Made by a program: the position numbers and the translations under genes. From NCBI GenBank assembly GCA_963771355.1, contig CAVYTA010000006.1:288001-352000 (forward strand): a stretch of 64,000 bases of DNA. The letters are read 5' to 3'. The first letter of the stretch is position 1, and the number at the start of each line of letters is the position of its first letter. Below, piece by piece: positions 1-10,383 of this stretch. Source of the DNA: an uncultured Candidatus Rokubacteria bacterium (GTDB lineage Bacteria; Methylomirabilota; Methylomirabilia; Rokubacteriales; CSP1-6). The notes under the pieces are model-generated. The model worked only from the letters and a program-made list of their open reading frames with translations. It was not told where the DNA came from and searched no databases.

Positions 1-912
1 GAAGTAGGGGCGGGCGAGCTGCTCGACCGGCAGGTCTCCGGGAGAGGCGCCCTGGAGAACGCGCTGGACCTGCTTGGCGGAGAGTCGGCCCGCGGCGTGG
101 AGACTGATGCCGTAGCTGGCAAGCGCTCCCTTGGCGACGCTTGCGGGCTCCTGGAATATGGTGGGCAGCCTCTTGATTCTCGCCGCGTCGATGATCGCGT
201 CTGTCTGGCTCGTCACCATCGCGTCGGCCACATATACGAGGGCATCCGCCTCCCCCGGGCGAAGCGAGCGCAGACTCGCCCGCAGCTCCTCCACCGAAGC
301 GACTCGCCGCTCGACGAGCTCGACCTTGAGCTGGCGAGCCCCGTCCCGCAAAGGCGCCAAGGACGACCGCGCCGCAGGGTTGTCGGGGCTATAGAACACC
401 ACCGCCCGACGGAGCCTCGGCATCATCGCCTTCAGGAACTCGAGGCGCTTCGCGGTGGTGTCAGCCTGCTGGCCGTGGACACCCGTGAGTCTCCCGCCGG
501 GCTTCCGGAAGCTCTCGACCAGACCCATGGCCACCGGATCGGCCCCGGCGTAGAACACGATGGGAACGCGCTTCGTCGCCCCCCGGGTGGCGAGCGTGAC
601 AGTGGTGGTCACCGAATAGATCAGGTCGACGTTGTCCCGTTCGAGCTCTCTGGCGGCCGGCTCCACCGCCTTGAGATCCCCCTGGACATCGTGGACGTGA
701 AGGACGTACTGCTTTCCCTCCTCGAATCCCAGCTCGCGAAGCCCCTCCCGTAACCCATCCACGGCCACGGAATACGGGCCGCCTTGCAGAACAACTCCAA
801 TGCGATAGACCCGCGCGGGCTGCGCCTCGGAGGCGAGCGGCGCGCCGAGGAGGGCGAGTGCCAGTAGCCCCGTGAGGACGATGGCGAATCGGGCCCGGCC
901 CGTGCAGCTCAG
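1..912 (-). CDS. ABC_sub_bind-type (PF04392-like) periplasmic substrate-binding protein, 3' end outside window
   Basis: Not in the ORF track; translated by hand: signal peptide ...LLALALLGAPLASEAQ, then PARVYRIGVVLQGG...GLRELGFEEG...VPIVFYAGADPVAMGLVESFRKPGGRLTG...KRLEFLK...LASYG...PGDLPVEQ. No ATG/GTG seen near the 5' end; CTG at 912-910 overlapping the upstream TGA is a guessed start. Confidence 0.85.
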   Translation of the reverse strand, partial: MSCTGRARFAIVLTGLLALALLGAPLASEAQPARVYRIGVVLQGGPYSVAVDGLREGLRELGFEEGKQYVLHVHDVQGDLKAVEPAARELERDNVDLIYSVTTTVTLATRGATKRVPIVFYAGADPVAMGLVESFRKPGGRLTGVHGQQADTTAKRLEFLKAMMPRLRRAVVFYSPDNPAARSSLAPLRDGARQLKVELVERRVASVEELRASLRSLRPGEADALVYVADAMVTSQTDAIIDAARIKRLPTIFQEPASVAKGALASYGISLHAAGRLSAKQVQRVLQGASPGDLPVEQLARPYF

Positions 913-1667
913 CCCTTCGCCCCCGCCGCCCCGCGCTCGAGCAGGGTCTTCGCGCTCGCCTGGATCCAGGGGAAGAAGCTGGTCATGACCGCTCGCACGC
1001 CCAGCCGGGTGTAGCGCTCGATATTGTCGAGGCTCACGAGGGTGCCGGCCACGCGGCCCGACTGGACGATCTTCCCGATCGCCGCGTCGATGGTCTTCTG
1101 CACGTCCGGGTGCCCCATGTTGCCGATATGTCCCATGGAGGTCGCCAGGTCGTTGGGCGCCACGAAGAAGACGTCGATGTGGTCCACCTTGAGCACCTCG
1201 TCGAGATTCTTGACACCGACGATGTCCTCGATGAGCACCATGAGCACGCTCTGGTCGTTGGCGGTCTTGAGGTAATCGCTCACGCCGAAGCCCTGGCGGC
1301 TGGTGAACATGCCGCGCTTGCCGAGGGGCGCGAACTTGGCGCCCTCCACGAGCGCCTCGGCCTCGGCGCGCGTATTGACGTGCGGCACCACGATGCCCTG
1401 GGCCCCGCGGTCCAGCGTGCGATAGATGGTCGCGTAGTCGTTGTCCATCACGCGCACCACCGAGGTCTTGCCCCAGAGGTCGCAGGCCCGCGTGAGATTG
1501 CCGAGGTCGGCGTAGTCCACCGCGCCGTGCTCGCCCTCCAGCCAGATGCCATCCACGTCGAGGGTGCCGAGCTGGTCGATGAGGTCCGGGTCGTTGGTGC
1601 CGGACAGGATGGTGGCGACCTGGCCGGCGGCAAGCTTGTCTTTCACGCGATTCGGTCGGATATTCAC
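909..1667 (-). CDS. HpcH/HpaI family class II aldolase
   Basis: Motifs WLEGEHG, LDRGAQGIVVPHV, LIED, FVAPNDLATSMG; GGGGAG RBS before the GTG start. Confidence 0.9.
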   Translation of the reverse strand: MNIRPNRVKDKLAAGQVATILSGTNDPDLIDQLGTLDVDGIWLEGEHGAVDYADLGNLTRACDLWGKTSVVRVMDNDYATIYRTLDRGAQGIVVPHVNTRAEAEALVEGAKFAPLGKRGMFTSRQGFGVSDYLKTANDQSVLMVLIEDIVGVKNLDEVLKVDHIDVFFVAPNDLATSMGHIGNMGHPDVQKTIDAAIGKIVQSGRVAGTLVSLDNIERYTRLGVRAVMTSFFPWIQASAKTLLERGAAGAKG

Positions 1668-1721
1668 GTGGTCTCCCCCTTGGGCTGCGATCCTACTTCA
1701 ATTCGCATCATTGCACGTACA

Positions 1722-2105
1722 TCACACGTACATCGGCTGGCGGTCGATCAGCCGGAGCCAGCCGCGCGCCACCCGATAGATGAACCACAGCCCGACCAGG
1801 CCCAGAGGCAACCAGGCGATGAGCAGGCCGATGCCGAGCGTGGCCACCACGAAGAGCATGCAGAGCGTCACCCACAGCAGCCCGAACCAGAAGGTGCGGA
1901 TCTGCCAGCGGAAGTGCGATTCGAGCCACGTTCCGCGCGCCTCGCTGCGCTTCGCGTAGTTCAGGATGACGGCGATGATCGAGGGCCAGCCGGTGAGGAA
2001 CGCGCCCACCACGGTGGCGGCGCCGATGATCCCCGTGATCAGGCTGAAGGCGTGCAGGCCGTAGATGATGTGCGTCAAGGTGATCAGGGACTGCTCCTCA
2101 CGCAT
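1722..2105 (-). CDS. DUF4870-like small membrane protein
   Basis: MREEQSLITLTHIIYGLH...SHFRWQIRTFW...IYRVARGW with several hydrophobic helices; start overlaps the putA 3' end. Confidence 0.8.
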   Translation of the reverse strand: MREEQSLITLTHIIYGLHAFSLITGIIGAATVVGAFLTGWPSIIAVILNYAKRSEARGTWLESHFRWQIRTFWFGLLWVTLCMLFVVATLGIGLLIAWLPLGLVGLWFIYRVARGWLRLIDRQPMYV

Positions 2106-5100
2106 GGAATTCCCCCTGGTCCAGCAGGCTGCCATAGCGGTGCAGCACGCGCGAGACCGTCTGCTCGCGGAAGTACCAGCGGAGCTCGAGGCGCCCATTG
2201 GCCAGGACGGGCGCGTCGATCACGGCGACGCCGGAGCCGTTGGCGGCGGCGCGCGCCGCGGTCGAGATCGGCTCCCACACCCGCACGCGCTCCGCGTCTC
2301 CCGGATGCGCCAGGCGCTCCACGAATCCCGCCTCCGCCTCCACCACGAGCTCCACGCCGCCGAACTGCGCCAGCCAGCTCCAGGCCGCGGAGTCCGGCGC
2401 GAGGCTCACCGTGACGGACGTCTGCGCCACGCAGGCGGCCAGGACCACCTGGCACAGTGCGGCGGTCGTGGATCCCCGCGCGATGACGCGGCGGCAGGGG
2501 CGATAGCGGAACGCGTTCCGCTCGCCCCGGATCGCGCTCGGATCGTGCTCGCGGCTGAAGTGCCGGCGCCACGCGCGCGCGTAGCGCGCCACGCTCGCGC
2601 GGACCAGGGTGCGCGCGTCGGCGTGAGGCAGCGCGGCCAGACAGCGATCGAGGAGCGCGGCCAGAGTCTCCGAGAGGGGCTCGTCGTCGCCGGCCGCGCG
2701 CGACACGTGGCGCCAGCGCGCGAGCTGCAGGACATAATTGGGGCCGCCCGCCTTGGCCCCGGGCCCCACCGACGAGGCCTTCCAGCCCCCGAATGGCTGG
2801 CGACCGACGATGGCCCCCGTGATCGGACGGTTGACGTAGAGGGTGCCGGCCTCGACACGGTCCACCCAGCGCGCGATCTCGCGATCGTCCAGCGTCTGGA
2901 TCCCGCTGGTGAGGCCGAACGGGGTGCCGTTCGCGAGGTCGATCGCCTCGTCGAGGTTCTCCGCCCGCATGAGTCCCAGCACGGGGCCGAAGCACTCGGT
3001 CTGGTGGAAGAACCAACCTTTTCGCACACCGAGCTTGATCCCGGGCGACCAGAGCTGCGGGTTGGCCGCGTCCGGGCGGGGCTCGAGCAGCCATTCCTCG
3101 CCCTCGTCGAGCACGGTGAGCGCGCGCCGGAGGGCCGCGCCGGGCGGCTGGGTGAGCGGGGTGATCCGGCTCGTCAGCTCCCACGCGCTCCCGACTTCCA
3201 GGCTGGCGGCGGCGTCGCGGAGCTGGCGCCGGAAGGCGGCGTCGTCGTACACCTCGGCCTCGCAGATGGCGAGGCTCGCCGCCGAGCATTTCTGACCGTT
3301 GTGGCCGAAGGCGGAGCGAACGAGGTCGCGGACCGCCTGGTCTCGATCCGCGAGCGACGTGATGATGATGGCGTTCTTGCCACTCGTCTCCGCGAAGAGG
3401 GGAAGATCGGGCCGCCAGCCCAGGAAGAGGCGCGCCGTCTCCACCGAGCCGGTGAGGATGACGCCGCCCACGCGGGGGTCCGTCACCAGCCCGCGGCCGA
3501 TCTCGTCGTCGGGGCAGGGCAGGAACTGGAGCACGTCGCGCGGGACGCCGGCTCCCCAGAGGCAGCAGGCCAGATGCCAGCCGACCAGCACCGCCTCGGG
3601 CGCCGGCTTGAGCACGACGGCGTTGCCGGCGGCGAGCGCGGCGAGCACGCCGCCGGCAGGGATGGACAGCGGGAAGTTCCAGGGCGGGGTCACCACCACC
3701 ACGCCGAGCGGCTCCATGCGGCAATCGCCCAGCTCGGGAGCAGCTTCGCGCAGCGCCCGGGCATAGTAGCGCGCGAAGTCCACCGCCTCGCAGACTTCCG
3801 CGTCCGCCTCCGGCACCGTCTTGGCGCCGTCCAGGATCATGGCACCGATGAGATCGTCGCGCCTCCGCCCGAGCTCGGCCGCGCAGGCCTCGAGCCGGGC
3901 CTCGCGCTCGGCGATGTGGAGCGCCGCCCATGCCGGCTGCGCCGTGCGTGCCACCGTCAGCGCCCGGTCCACGTCGGCGGGGCCGCCCAGCGCGTAGCGA
4001 TAGGCGACGCGGCCGGGACGCGAGGGATCGTGCCCGTCCGCGGCCCGCGCGCCCGCACGGAGCTCGCCCCCGACCTGGAGCGGGATGTCCTCCGGCGGCC
4101 GCTCGCGCCAGCGGGCCAGGACCTCGTCGATCCACGCGCGGTTGGCTGCCAGCGTCCAGTCGGTGTCGGGATCGTTCTCGAACCGCGCCCCGAGGCGACG
4201 GGGGCCGGGAGGGGTCACCGCTTCTGCGCCGCGATCCTGGGTGCGGCGGGGCGCGTCGGACAGGCCCGACACGCGCGCGAACGCGGCGAGGAAGCGATCG
4301 CGCTCGGCGGTCCAGTCGGACGAGCCCGGCTCGAGGTCGAAGATGTGACGCAGGAAGTTCTCGGGCGCGGTGTTCTCGTCCAGCCGGCGGACCAGGTAGG
4401 CGATCGCGCTGTGGAAGTCCTCCTCGCGGACGACGGGGGCGTAGAGGAGCAGGCCTCCGGCGCGCGCCTGCACCGCCCGCGCCTGGTGATTGGCCATGCC
4501 TTCCAGCATCTCGAACTCGACCGCGGACTCGACGTGGCGGTCCTCGCGCAGCACGAGGCCGTAGGCGATGTCGAAGAGGTTGTGGCTGGCCACGCCCAGG
4601 TGGACGGCCTCGGCGTGCTCGGGCCGGCTGCCGTACTCGAGCATGCGCTTGTAGTTCGCGTCCACCTCGGCCTTGCTCTCGTAGGGCGCCTGGGGCCAGC
4701 CGTGCACCGCGGCCTCGATGCGCTCCATGGCCAGGTTCGCGCCCTTCACGATGCGCAGCTTGATCGGTGCGCCGCCGCGGCCCCGCCGCGCGAGCGCCCA
4801 CTCGGTGAGGCTACGCTGCACACGGTGTGAGTCGGGAAGATAGGCCTGGAGCACGATGCCCGCGCTGAGCGGGAGGAACTCCGCCTCGTCCAGCACCTCG
4901 CGGAAGGCCGTCACCGTGAGATCGAGGTCGCGGTACTCCTCCATGTCGAGGTTGATGAACTTGGGCGTGATCCTGCCGTCGGGGTGCTGGTAGCGATACG
5001 CCGCCGCCGCGCGGTAGAGCGTGCGCAGCCGCTCGGCCACGCGCGCCACCGTGGCGCGGAAGGCGACGAGATCGATCTGGCTGAACACGGAGGAGACCTT

Positions 5101-5631
5101 CACCGAGATGTACTCGACGTCGTCGCGGGCCAGCAGCGCGAGGTAGGCCTCGAGCCGGCGCGCCGCCTCCGCCTCGCCGAGAATCGCCTCGCCGAGCTGG
5201 TTGAGGTTGAGCCGCAGGCCCGCGCGGCGGCGCTCCTCGATATAGCGCCGCAGGTCCTCCTCCTCACCGGGCAGGATCACGTTCTGCGTCTCGTGGCGCA
5301 GCCGGGCCACGATGGGCGGGACGACCAGGCTCGGGAGATAGTGCGCCATGGCCCCGCCCAGGAGGAGGGCGACCCGCTCCCACCAGTCCATGTACTGCGG
5401 CACGCCGTAACGCTGGAGGAGATAGGCCAGCTGGTCCGCGATGCGCTCGGGCCGGCGGCTCCGGAAGGCCTGATCCGCCAGGGCGATGGTGAGCTCCTTG
5501 CCGTGCGGATCCTCCATCATCCGGGCGAGCTTGCGAGACTGGGCGCGCTCGTCCGCGGTCTGCTGCGCCCGCGCCTCGCGCAGGAGCGCTTCCGCCAGCT
5601 CGACGGCGCGATCGGGAAGCCGCATTGTCAT
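2098..5631 (-). CDS. putA: Bifunctional proline dehydrogenase / P5C dehydrogenase
   Basis: PRODH motifs (NLDMEEY, IKLRIVKGAN, ASHNLFD, FEMLEGMA, YLVRRLDEN) and ALDH motifs (PWNFP, ETSGKN, GQKCSA, ECFGP). Start placed at the ATG downstream of the intergenic hairpin. Confidence 0.95.
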   Translation of the reverse strand: MTMRLPDRAVELAEALLREARAQQTADERAQSRKLARMMEDPHGKELTIALADQAFRSRRPERIADQLAYLLQRYGVPQYMDWWERVALLLGGAMAHYLPSLVVPPIVARLRHETQNVILPGEEEDLRRYIEERRRAGLRLNLNQLGEAILGEAEAARRLEAYLALLARDDVEYISVKVSSVFSQIDLVAFRATVARVAERLRTLYRAAAAYRYQHPDGRITPKFINLDMEEYRDLDLTVTAFREVLDEAEFLPLSAGIVLQAYLPDSHRVQRSLTEWALARRGRGGAPIKLRIVKGANLAMERIEAAVHGWPQAPYESKAEVDANYKRMLEYGSRPEHAEAVHLGVASHNLFDIAYGLVLREDRHVESAVEFEMLEGMANHQARAVQARAGGLLLYAPVVREEDFHSAIAYLVRRLDENTAPENFLRHIFDLEPGSSDWTAERDRFLAAFARVSGLSDAPRRTQDRGAEAVTPPGPRRLGARFENDPDTDWTLAANRAWIDEVLARWRERPPEDIPLQVGGELRAGARAADGHDPSRPGRVAYRYALGGPADVDRALTVARTAQPAWAALHIAEREARLEACAAELGRRRDDLIGAMILDGAKTVPEADAEVCEAVDFARYYARALREAAPELGDCRMEPLGVVVVTPPWNFPLSIPAGGVLAALAAGNAVVLKPAPEAVLVGWHLACCLWGAGVPRDVLQFLPCPDDEIGRGLVTDPRVGGVILTGSVETARLFLGWRPDLPLFAETSGKNAIIITSLADRDQAVRDLVRSAFGHNGQKCSAASLAICEAEVYDDAAFRRQLRDAAASLEVGSAWELTSRITPLTQPPGAALRRALTVLDEGEEWLLEPRPDAANPQLWSPGIKLGVRKGWFFHQTECFGPVLGLMRAENLDEAIDLANGTPFGLTSGIQTLDDREIARWVDRVEAGTLYVNRPITGAIVGRQPFGGWKASSVGPGAKAGGPNYVLQLARWRHVSRAAGDDEPLSETLAALLDRCLAALPHADARTLVRASVARYARAWRRHFSREHDPSAIRGERNAFRYRPCRRVIARGSTTAALCQVVLAACVAQTSVTVSLAPDSAAWSWLAQFGGVELVVEAEAGFVERLAHPGDAERVRVWEPISTAARAAANGSGVAVIDAPVLANGRLELRWYFREQTVSRVLHRYGSLLDQGEFHA

Positions 5632-5638
5632 CGTCACG

Positions 5639-5673
5639 CGCGCCGGTGGCCCGGGCGGGCAGCCACCGGCGCG
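5639..5673 (-). terminator. GC-rich 12-bp stem-loop between the peroxiredoxin gene and putA (terminator or stabiliser, no U-tract)
   Basis: CGCGCCGGTGGC (5639-5650) and GCCACCGGCGCG (5662-5673) are perfect reverse complements with an 11-nt loop. Confidence 0.45.
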
Positions 5674-5686
5674 GCGCATGCGGCGG

Positions 5687-6346
5687 CTACTTCGGCTGGG
5701 GGACGATGCGGAGATAGGGCTTGGGCGACTTCCAGCCCGCGGGATACGTCTTCTTCGCGTCCTCGTCGGAGACGGCCGGCACGATGATGACGTCCTGCCC
5801 CTGCTTCCAGTTCACCGGCGTGGCCACCTTGTGCTTCGCCGTGAGCTGGCACGAGTCCAGGATCCGCACCACCTCGTCGAAGTTACGGCCGGTCGACATG
5901 GGATACGTGAGCATCGCCTTCACCTTCTTGTCCGGCCCGATGACGAACACCGAGCGTACCGTCGCGTTGTCGGCGGCGGTCCGGCCCTGGGAGGTGGTGC
6001 CCGACTCCTCCGGCAGCATGTCGTAGGCCTTGGCCACCTTCAGCTCGGGATCGCCGATCATCGGGTACGTCACCGCGTGGCCCTGCGTCTCCTCGATGTC
6101 CTTGGACCAGCGCTGGTGATCGGTGACCGGGTCGACGCTCAGCCCGATGATCTTGCAGTTGCGCTTGTCGAACTCCGGCTTGAGCCCCGCCATGTAGCCG
6201 AGCTCGGTCGTGCAGACGGGTGTGAAGTCCTTCGGGTGGGAAAAGAGGATGGCCCAGCCTTCGCCGATCCAGTCGTGGAACTTGATCGGGCCCTGGGTGG
6301 TCTCGGCGGTGAAATTCGGTGCCTCGCTGTTGATCCGCAATGCCAT
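5687..6346 (-). CDS. 1-Cys peroxiredoxin (Prx6 family)
   Basis: FSHPKDFTPVCTTE motif, YPMSTGRNFDE, VATPVNW; GGAGG RBS; TTGACG-17-CATTCT upstream. Confidence 0.95.
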   Translation of the reverse strand: MALRINSEAPNFTAETTQGPIKFHDWIGEGWAILFSHPKDFTPVCTTELGYMAGLKPEFDKRNCKIIGLSVDPVTDHQRWSKDIEETQGHAVTYPMIGDPELKVAKAYDMLPEESGTTSQGRTAADNATVRSVFVIGPDKKVKAMLTYPMSTGRNFDEVVRILDSCQLTAKHKVATPVNWKQGQDVIIVPAVSDEDAKKTYPAGWKSPKPYLRIVPQPK

Positions 6347-6406
6347 GTCGTGCCCCTCCGTGGATTGGATGATGGAGCTTCAGAATGTCTGAGGATGGCC
6401 CCGACG

Positions 6407-7333
6407 TCAACGGCCCCGCACGCGCCGCCCGCGGGCGAGCCGCGCGGCGGCGCGCGCCCCGGCCGCGGCGAGGAGCGCGGCGAGGCGGGTCAGGGCGGGC
6501 TGCCGGCGCGCGGCCGCGCGCCAGACCAGCGCCACCGGCAGCGCCGGCACTCCGGCGGGCGCGCGGACGGTCCGGTCCGGTGACGCCTCGGCGAGCGCGA
6601 GGGCAGGAACCAGCCCGATGCCGAGTCCGCCCGAGACATAGGAGAGCAGGAGCGACACGCTCGGCACGTCGATCGTCGACACCGGGCGGATGCGGTGCTC
6701 GGCGAGATACTCGTCGAGGAGCGCCCGGCCCCGGCTCTCGGCCGCCAGGCGCAGGACGGGCTCGCGCCGCAGCCGCTCCGTCAGCGGCGCCCCCTCGCGC
6801 CGCCCGCGTCGCGGGCCCACCCAGACGAACGGCTGGTCGAAGAGGTGCCGGCTCTCGAGGCCCCGCGGCGTCTCCTGGCCCGTGACCACGGCCAGATCGA
6901 CGTCGCCGCTGGCCACCAGCCGCACGCCCGCGCGCGAGTGGGTGGTGACGATCTCGAAGCGCACCGACGGCTCCTGGTCGAGCAGGTCGCGCAGCACCGG
7001 GGCCAGCAGCCCCTTGCCGAGGTAATCGCTCGCCGCCACCCGCAGCGTGGTGGCGGGGCGGCCGGCCAGCTCGGCGAGCTGGCCGAAGGCGGCCTCGGCC
7101 GCGCTCCACAGCTCGCGCACGACGGGCAGCGCCGCCTCGCCGGTGGCGGTGAGGCGCACGCCGCGCCCGGCGCGCTCGAAGAGCTTGATGCCGAAGTGCG
7201 CCTCCAGCCGCCGGATCTGCTGGCTCACCGCGGAGGAGGTGATGTGCCGCTGGCGCGCCGCCGCGCCCACCGAGCCCGTGCGCGCCACCGCGAGCATGGT
7301 CTCCAGCGTGGGCAGGAGGGCGGTGTCGATCAT
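6407..7333 (-). CDS. LysR family transcriptional regulator, divergent from leuCD
   Basis: N-terminal HTH ...[44 protein letters not shown]; likely start is the ATG at 7333, inside the longer ORF. Confidence 0.9.
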   Translation of the reverse strand: MIDTALLPTLETMLAVARTGSVGAAARQRHITSSAVSQQIRRLEAHFGIKLFERAGRGVRLTATGEAALPVVRELWSAAEAAFGQLAELAGRPATTLRVAASDYLGKGLLAPVLRDLLDQEPSVRFEIVTTHSRAGVRLVASGDVDLAVVTGQETPRGLESRHLFDQPFVWVGPRRGRREGAPLTERLRREPVLRLAAESRGRALLDEYLAEHRIRPVSTIDVPSVSLLLSYVSGGLGIGLVPALALAEASPDRTVRAPAGVPALPVALVWRAAARRQPALTRLAALLAAAGARAAARLARGRRVRGR

Positions 7334-7423
7334 GAAGCGCAGCTTACCATTTCGCCCAGAACGTTTCACTGGACTACACAGTGTCCGATGGCGCAGGATA
7401 AGCGCCCCGAGGAGGAAGTCCCC

Positions 7424-8827
7424 ATGGCACGCACGCTGCTCGACAAGGTGTGGGAAGCGCACACGGTGCGGACGCTGCCGTCCGGCCAGACCCAGCTCCT
7501 GATCGGCCTGCACCTCATCCACGAGGTCACGACGCCGCAGGCCTTCCAGATGCTGAAGGAGCTGAAGCTCAAGGTGCGCATGCCCGAGCGCACCTTCGGC
7601 ACGCTCGATCACATCATCCCCACGACCGATCAGGCCCGTCCCTACGCCGATCCCATGGCGGAGGAAATGGCCGCGCACATGTACAAGAACATGAAGGACT
7701 TCAACCTGACCCTGCTCGACATGGCCACGGGCCAGCAGGGGATCGTGCACGTGATCGGGCCGGAGCTGGGCCTCACCCAGCCGGGCATGACCATCGCCTG
7801 CGGCGACAGCCACACGTCCACCCACGGCGCCGTCGGCGCCATCGCCTTCGGCATCGGGACGACTCAGGTTCGCGATGTGTTGGCCACCCAGTGTCTGTCC
7901 ATGGCCAAGCCCAAGCTGCGGCAGGTGCGGGTGGAGGGCCAGCTCGCCAAGGGCGTCTACGCCAAGGACGTGATCCTCGCCATCATCGGCAAGCTCGGCG
8001 TCAAGGGCGGCGTGGGCTACGCCTACGAGTACGCCGGCGACACCATCGAGCGCATGACCATGGAGGAGCGCCTCACCGTCTGCAACATGTCCATCGAGGG
8101 CGGCGCGCGCTTCGGCTACGTCAATCCTGACGCCACCACGGTCGACTATCTCCGCGGCCGGCCGCATGCGCCCGCGGGCGCGGCGTTCGACCGCGCGGCC
8201 GACTGGTGGAAGTCCGTGGCCACCGAGCCCGGCGCGAAGTTCGACGACGTCGCGCGCCTGGATGCGGCGGCGCTCCAGCCCGTGGTGACCTGGGGCATCA
8301 ATCCGGGCATGTCGGTGGGCGTGGGCGAGCGCATCCCCGCGCCCGACGCCCAGCCCGAGGCCGAGCGCTCGACGTTTCGCGAGGCGCTGGCCCACATGGG
8401 CTTCGAGGCGGGCCAGCCCATCAAGGGCGCCAAGATCGATGTGGCCTTCGTGGGCTCCTGCACCAACGGGCGCCTGTCCGATCTCCGCATCGCCGCCGAG
8501 GTGGCCAAGAAGGGCAAGGTGGCCAAGGGCGTGCGCGCACTCATCGTGCCCGGCTCCCAGCAGGTGGCCAAGGCCGCCGAGGCCGAGGGCCTGCACGAGA
8601 TCTTCCAGGCCGCGGGCTTTCAGTGGCGCAAGGCCGGGTGCTCCATGTGCCTCGGCATGAACGACGACAAGCTCCAGGGGCGCGAGATGAGCGCCTCCTC
8701 CAGCAACCGCAACTTCATCGGGCGGCAGGGGAGCCCCACCGGGCGCACCCTCCTCATGAGCCCGGCCATGGTCGCGGCCGCCGCCCTCACCGGCGCCGTC
8801 ACCGACGTGCGGGAGATACTCAAATGA
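7424..8827 (+). CDS. leuC: 3-isopropylmalate dehydratase large subunit
   Basis: [56 protein letters not shown]. Confidence 0.95.
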   Translation: MARTLLDKVWEAHTVRTLPSGQTQLLIGLHLIHEVTTPQAFQMLKELKLKVRMPERTFGTLDHIIPTTDQARPYADPMAEEMAAHMYKNMKDFNLTLLDMATGQQGIVHVIGPELGLTQPGMTIACGDSHTSTHGAVGAIAFGIGTTQVRDVLATQCLSMAKPKLRQVRVEGQLAKGVYAKDVILAIIGKLGVKGGVGYAYEYAGDTIERMTMEERLTVCNMSIEGGARFGYVNPDATTVDYLRGRPHAPAGAAFDRAADWWKSVATEPGAKFDDVARLDAAALQPVVTWGINPGMSVGVGERIPAPDAQPEAERSTFREALAHMGFEAGQPIKGAKIDVAFVGSCTNGRLSDLRIAAEVAKKGKVAKGVRALIVPGSQQVAKAAEAEGLHEIFQAAGFQWRKAGCSMCLGMNDDKLQGREMSASSSNRNFIGRQGSPTGRTLLMSPAMVAAAALTGAVTDVREILK

Positions 8828-9417
8828 CCAACTACCATCGCCGCCAGATCGCGGGGCGCGGCATCCCGGTGACCGGCAACGACATCGACACCGACCGCAT
8901 CATCCCCGCGCGCTTCCTCAAGGCCGTCACCTTCGAGGGCATGGGCGAGCACGCCTTCGAGGACGCCCGCAAGCAGAACCCCGAGCACCCCTTCAACTCG
9001 CCCGCCTACCAGGGCGCCTCCGTGCTGGTGGTGGGCCAGAACTTCGGCTGCGGGTCCTCCAGAGAGCACGCACCCCAGGCCCTCATGCGCTGGGGCATCC
9101 GCGCCATCGTGGGCGGTTCCTTCGGCGAGATCTTCTTCGGCAACTGCGTGATGCTGGGCATCCCCTGCCTGGTCGCCTCCCAGGCCGACCTCGAGTGGCT
9201 GCAGAAGGCCATCGAGCGCGCCCCGCAGATCCCCGTGGCGGTGGACGTCGAGAAGCAGGAAGTGCACTTCAGCGACCGCGTCATCAAGGCCACCGTGCCC
9301 GACGGCCCGCGCCACCAGCTCGTGGCGGGGACGTGGGATTCCACCGCGGTGCTGCTGGAGGCGGGCGCGGCGATCGAGGCGACGGCGGGGAAGCTGCCGT
9401 ACGTGAAGGGCTTTTAG
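8824..9417 (+). CDS. leuD: 3-isopropylmalate dehydratase small subunit
   Basis: [29 protein letters not shown] overlap with leuC. Confidence 0.95.
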   Translation: MTNYHRRQIAGRGIPVTGNDIDTDRIIPARFLKAVTFEGMGEHAFEDARKQNPEHPFNSPAYQGASVLVVGQNFGCGSSREHAPQALMRWGIRAIVGGSFGEIFFGNCVMLGIPCLVASQADLEWLQKAIERAPQIPVAVDVEKQEVHFSDRVIKATVPDGPRHQLVAGTWDSTAVLLEAGAAIEATAGKLPYVKGF

Positions 9418-9419
9418 CG

Positions 9420-10003
9420 CTAGGGCAAGAGATCGCCGACGCGGATGGCGGCGGTCGGCGCGGCGAGCGGTGTGATCATGGCGTCCGCAGCCAATGTGTC
9501 AATCGCCGAGTAGGTCCAGCGGCGCCGCGCCGGGCCCGGCCTCTCCGGCTCGCGATGGATCTCCAGGACGCCAGGGCGATGAGGTTGAGGATCCAGTAGT
9601 CCTCGATACCCGCTCGTGCATAGGCCGCGGCTTTCCGTCCCCGGGCGAGGTTCAAGCCTGACTGTGCGACCTCGACGACGAGCGCCGGGTGGGTCGGATG
9701 CGCGGCGGCGTAGTCGCGCGGCGAGCCTCGAACGACGCACACATCCGGTTCCGGCTCCGACTGGTCATCGAGGATGATCGGGCTTTGAGTCTGGACGAAC
9801 CAGCCTTCTCCGAAGGCGCGCTCCAGCGCCTTCGCCACCAGGAGCACTGCCGTCCGGTGGGGGCTGTGCTGCGGTTCCTTGACGAGCAACAACCCGTCGA
9901 GCAGCTCGATCGGGTCGTCCTCGTCGAGGAAACCGTGATCGATCAACCGCCCATACTCGTGGCGGGACCACCGACGCAGACCGGGACGTTCCACTTGCTT
10001 CAT
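9420..10003 (-). pseudogene. Uma2/DUF820 family PD-(D/E)XK endonuclease, frameshifted near 9573
   Basis: IELLDG, EPEPDV, VVEVA, KAAAYARAGIEDYWILNL in one frame; the C-terminus (VLEIHREP...IRVGDLLP) is in another frame and matches the intact paralog at 32428-33006. Confidence 0.85.
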
Positions 10004-10020
10004 GTCAGGTCCGTCAACCG

Positions 10021-10049
10021 ATACTATCGACGGGCTCGGCGAGCGTCAA
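10021..10049 (-). promoter_or_regulatory. sigma70-type promoter for the Uma2 gene
   Basis: TTGACG (10049-10044), 17-nt spacer, TAGTAT (10026-10021). Confidence 0.6.
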
Positions 10050-10383
10050 CGTGCCCGGAAGGATACACGATTGGTCTGGATTGATGGCTGTCACCCGCCA
10101 CTGCCCACGTTAAGAGAACGGCGAGGCTCGTCACCCGTCGCATCACGCGGGGATTCTACTCTGCCCGGCGCTTTTGCGCTTGACAGCCTAGCGGAGGCGA
10201 ATCTTTCGCGCGCGGCCGGATCTTGTTTGTTGCCGTCCCTGCACCATGCGCCGGCCCACCATCGTGCGATCGGTCGCGGCTTCCGCGAAAATCACTACTC
10301 GCGCAGAGATCGCTTACCCGGATGGCTTCCCGCTCGCTCCGAATCCTGGGTGTAAGTTTCTTCCAGCAGAAGGAGGACACGCC

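Noticed and set aside
2065..4830. Very long antisense and alternate-frame ORFs (e.g. 921 aa opposite putA, 980 aa at 58098-61040)
   Set aside because: These are shadow ORFs expected at this GC content; they are Arg/Gly/Ala-rich, have no motifs and overlap well-supported genes.
6407..8827. Long N-terminal extensions of LysR (729 aa) and LeuC (710 aa) in the ORF track
   Set aside because: Each is an open antisense frame across the other gene; homology and RBS/promoter signals place the starts at 7333 and 7424.
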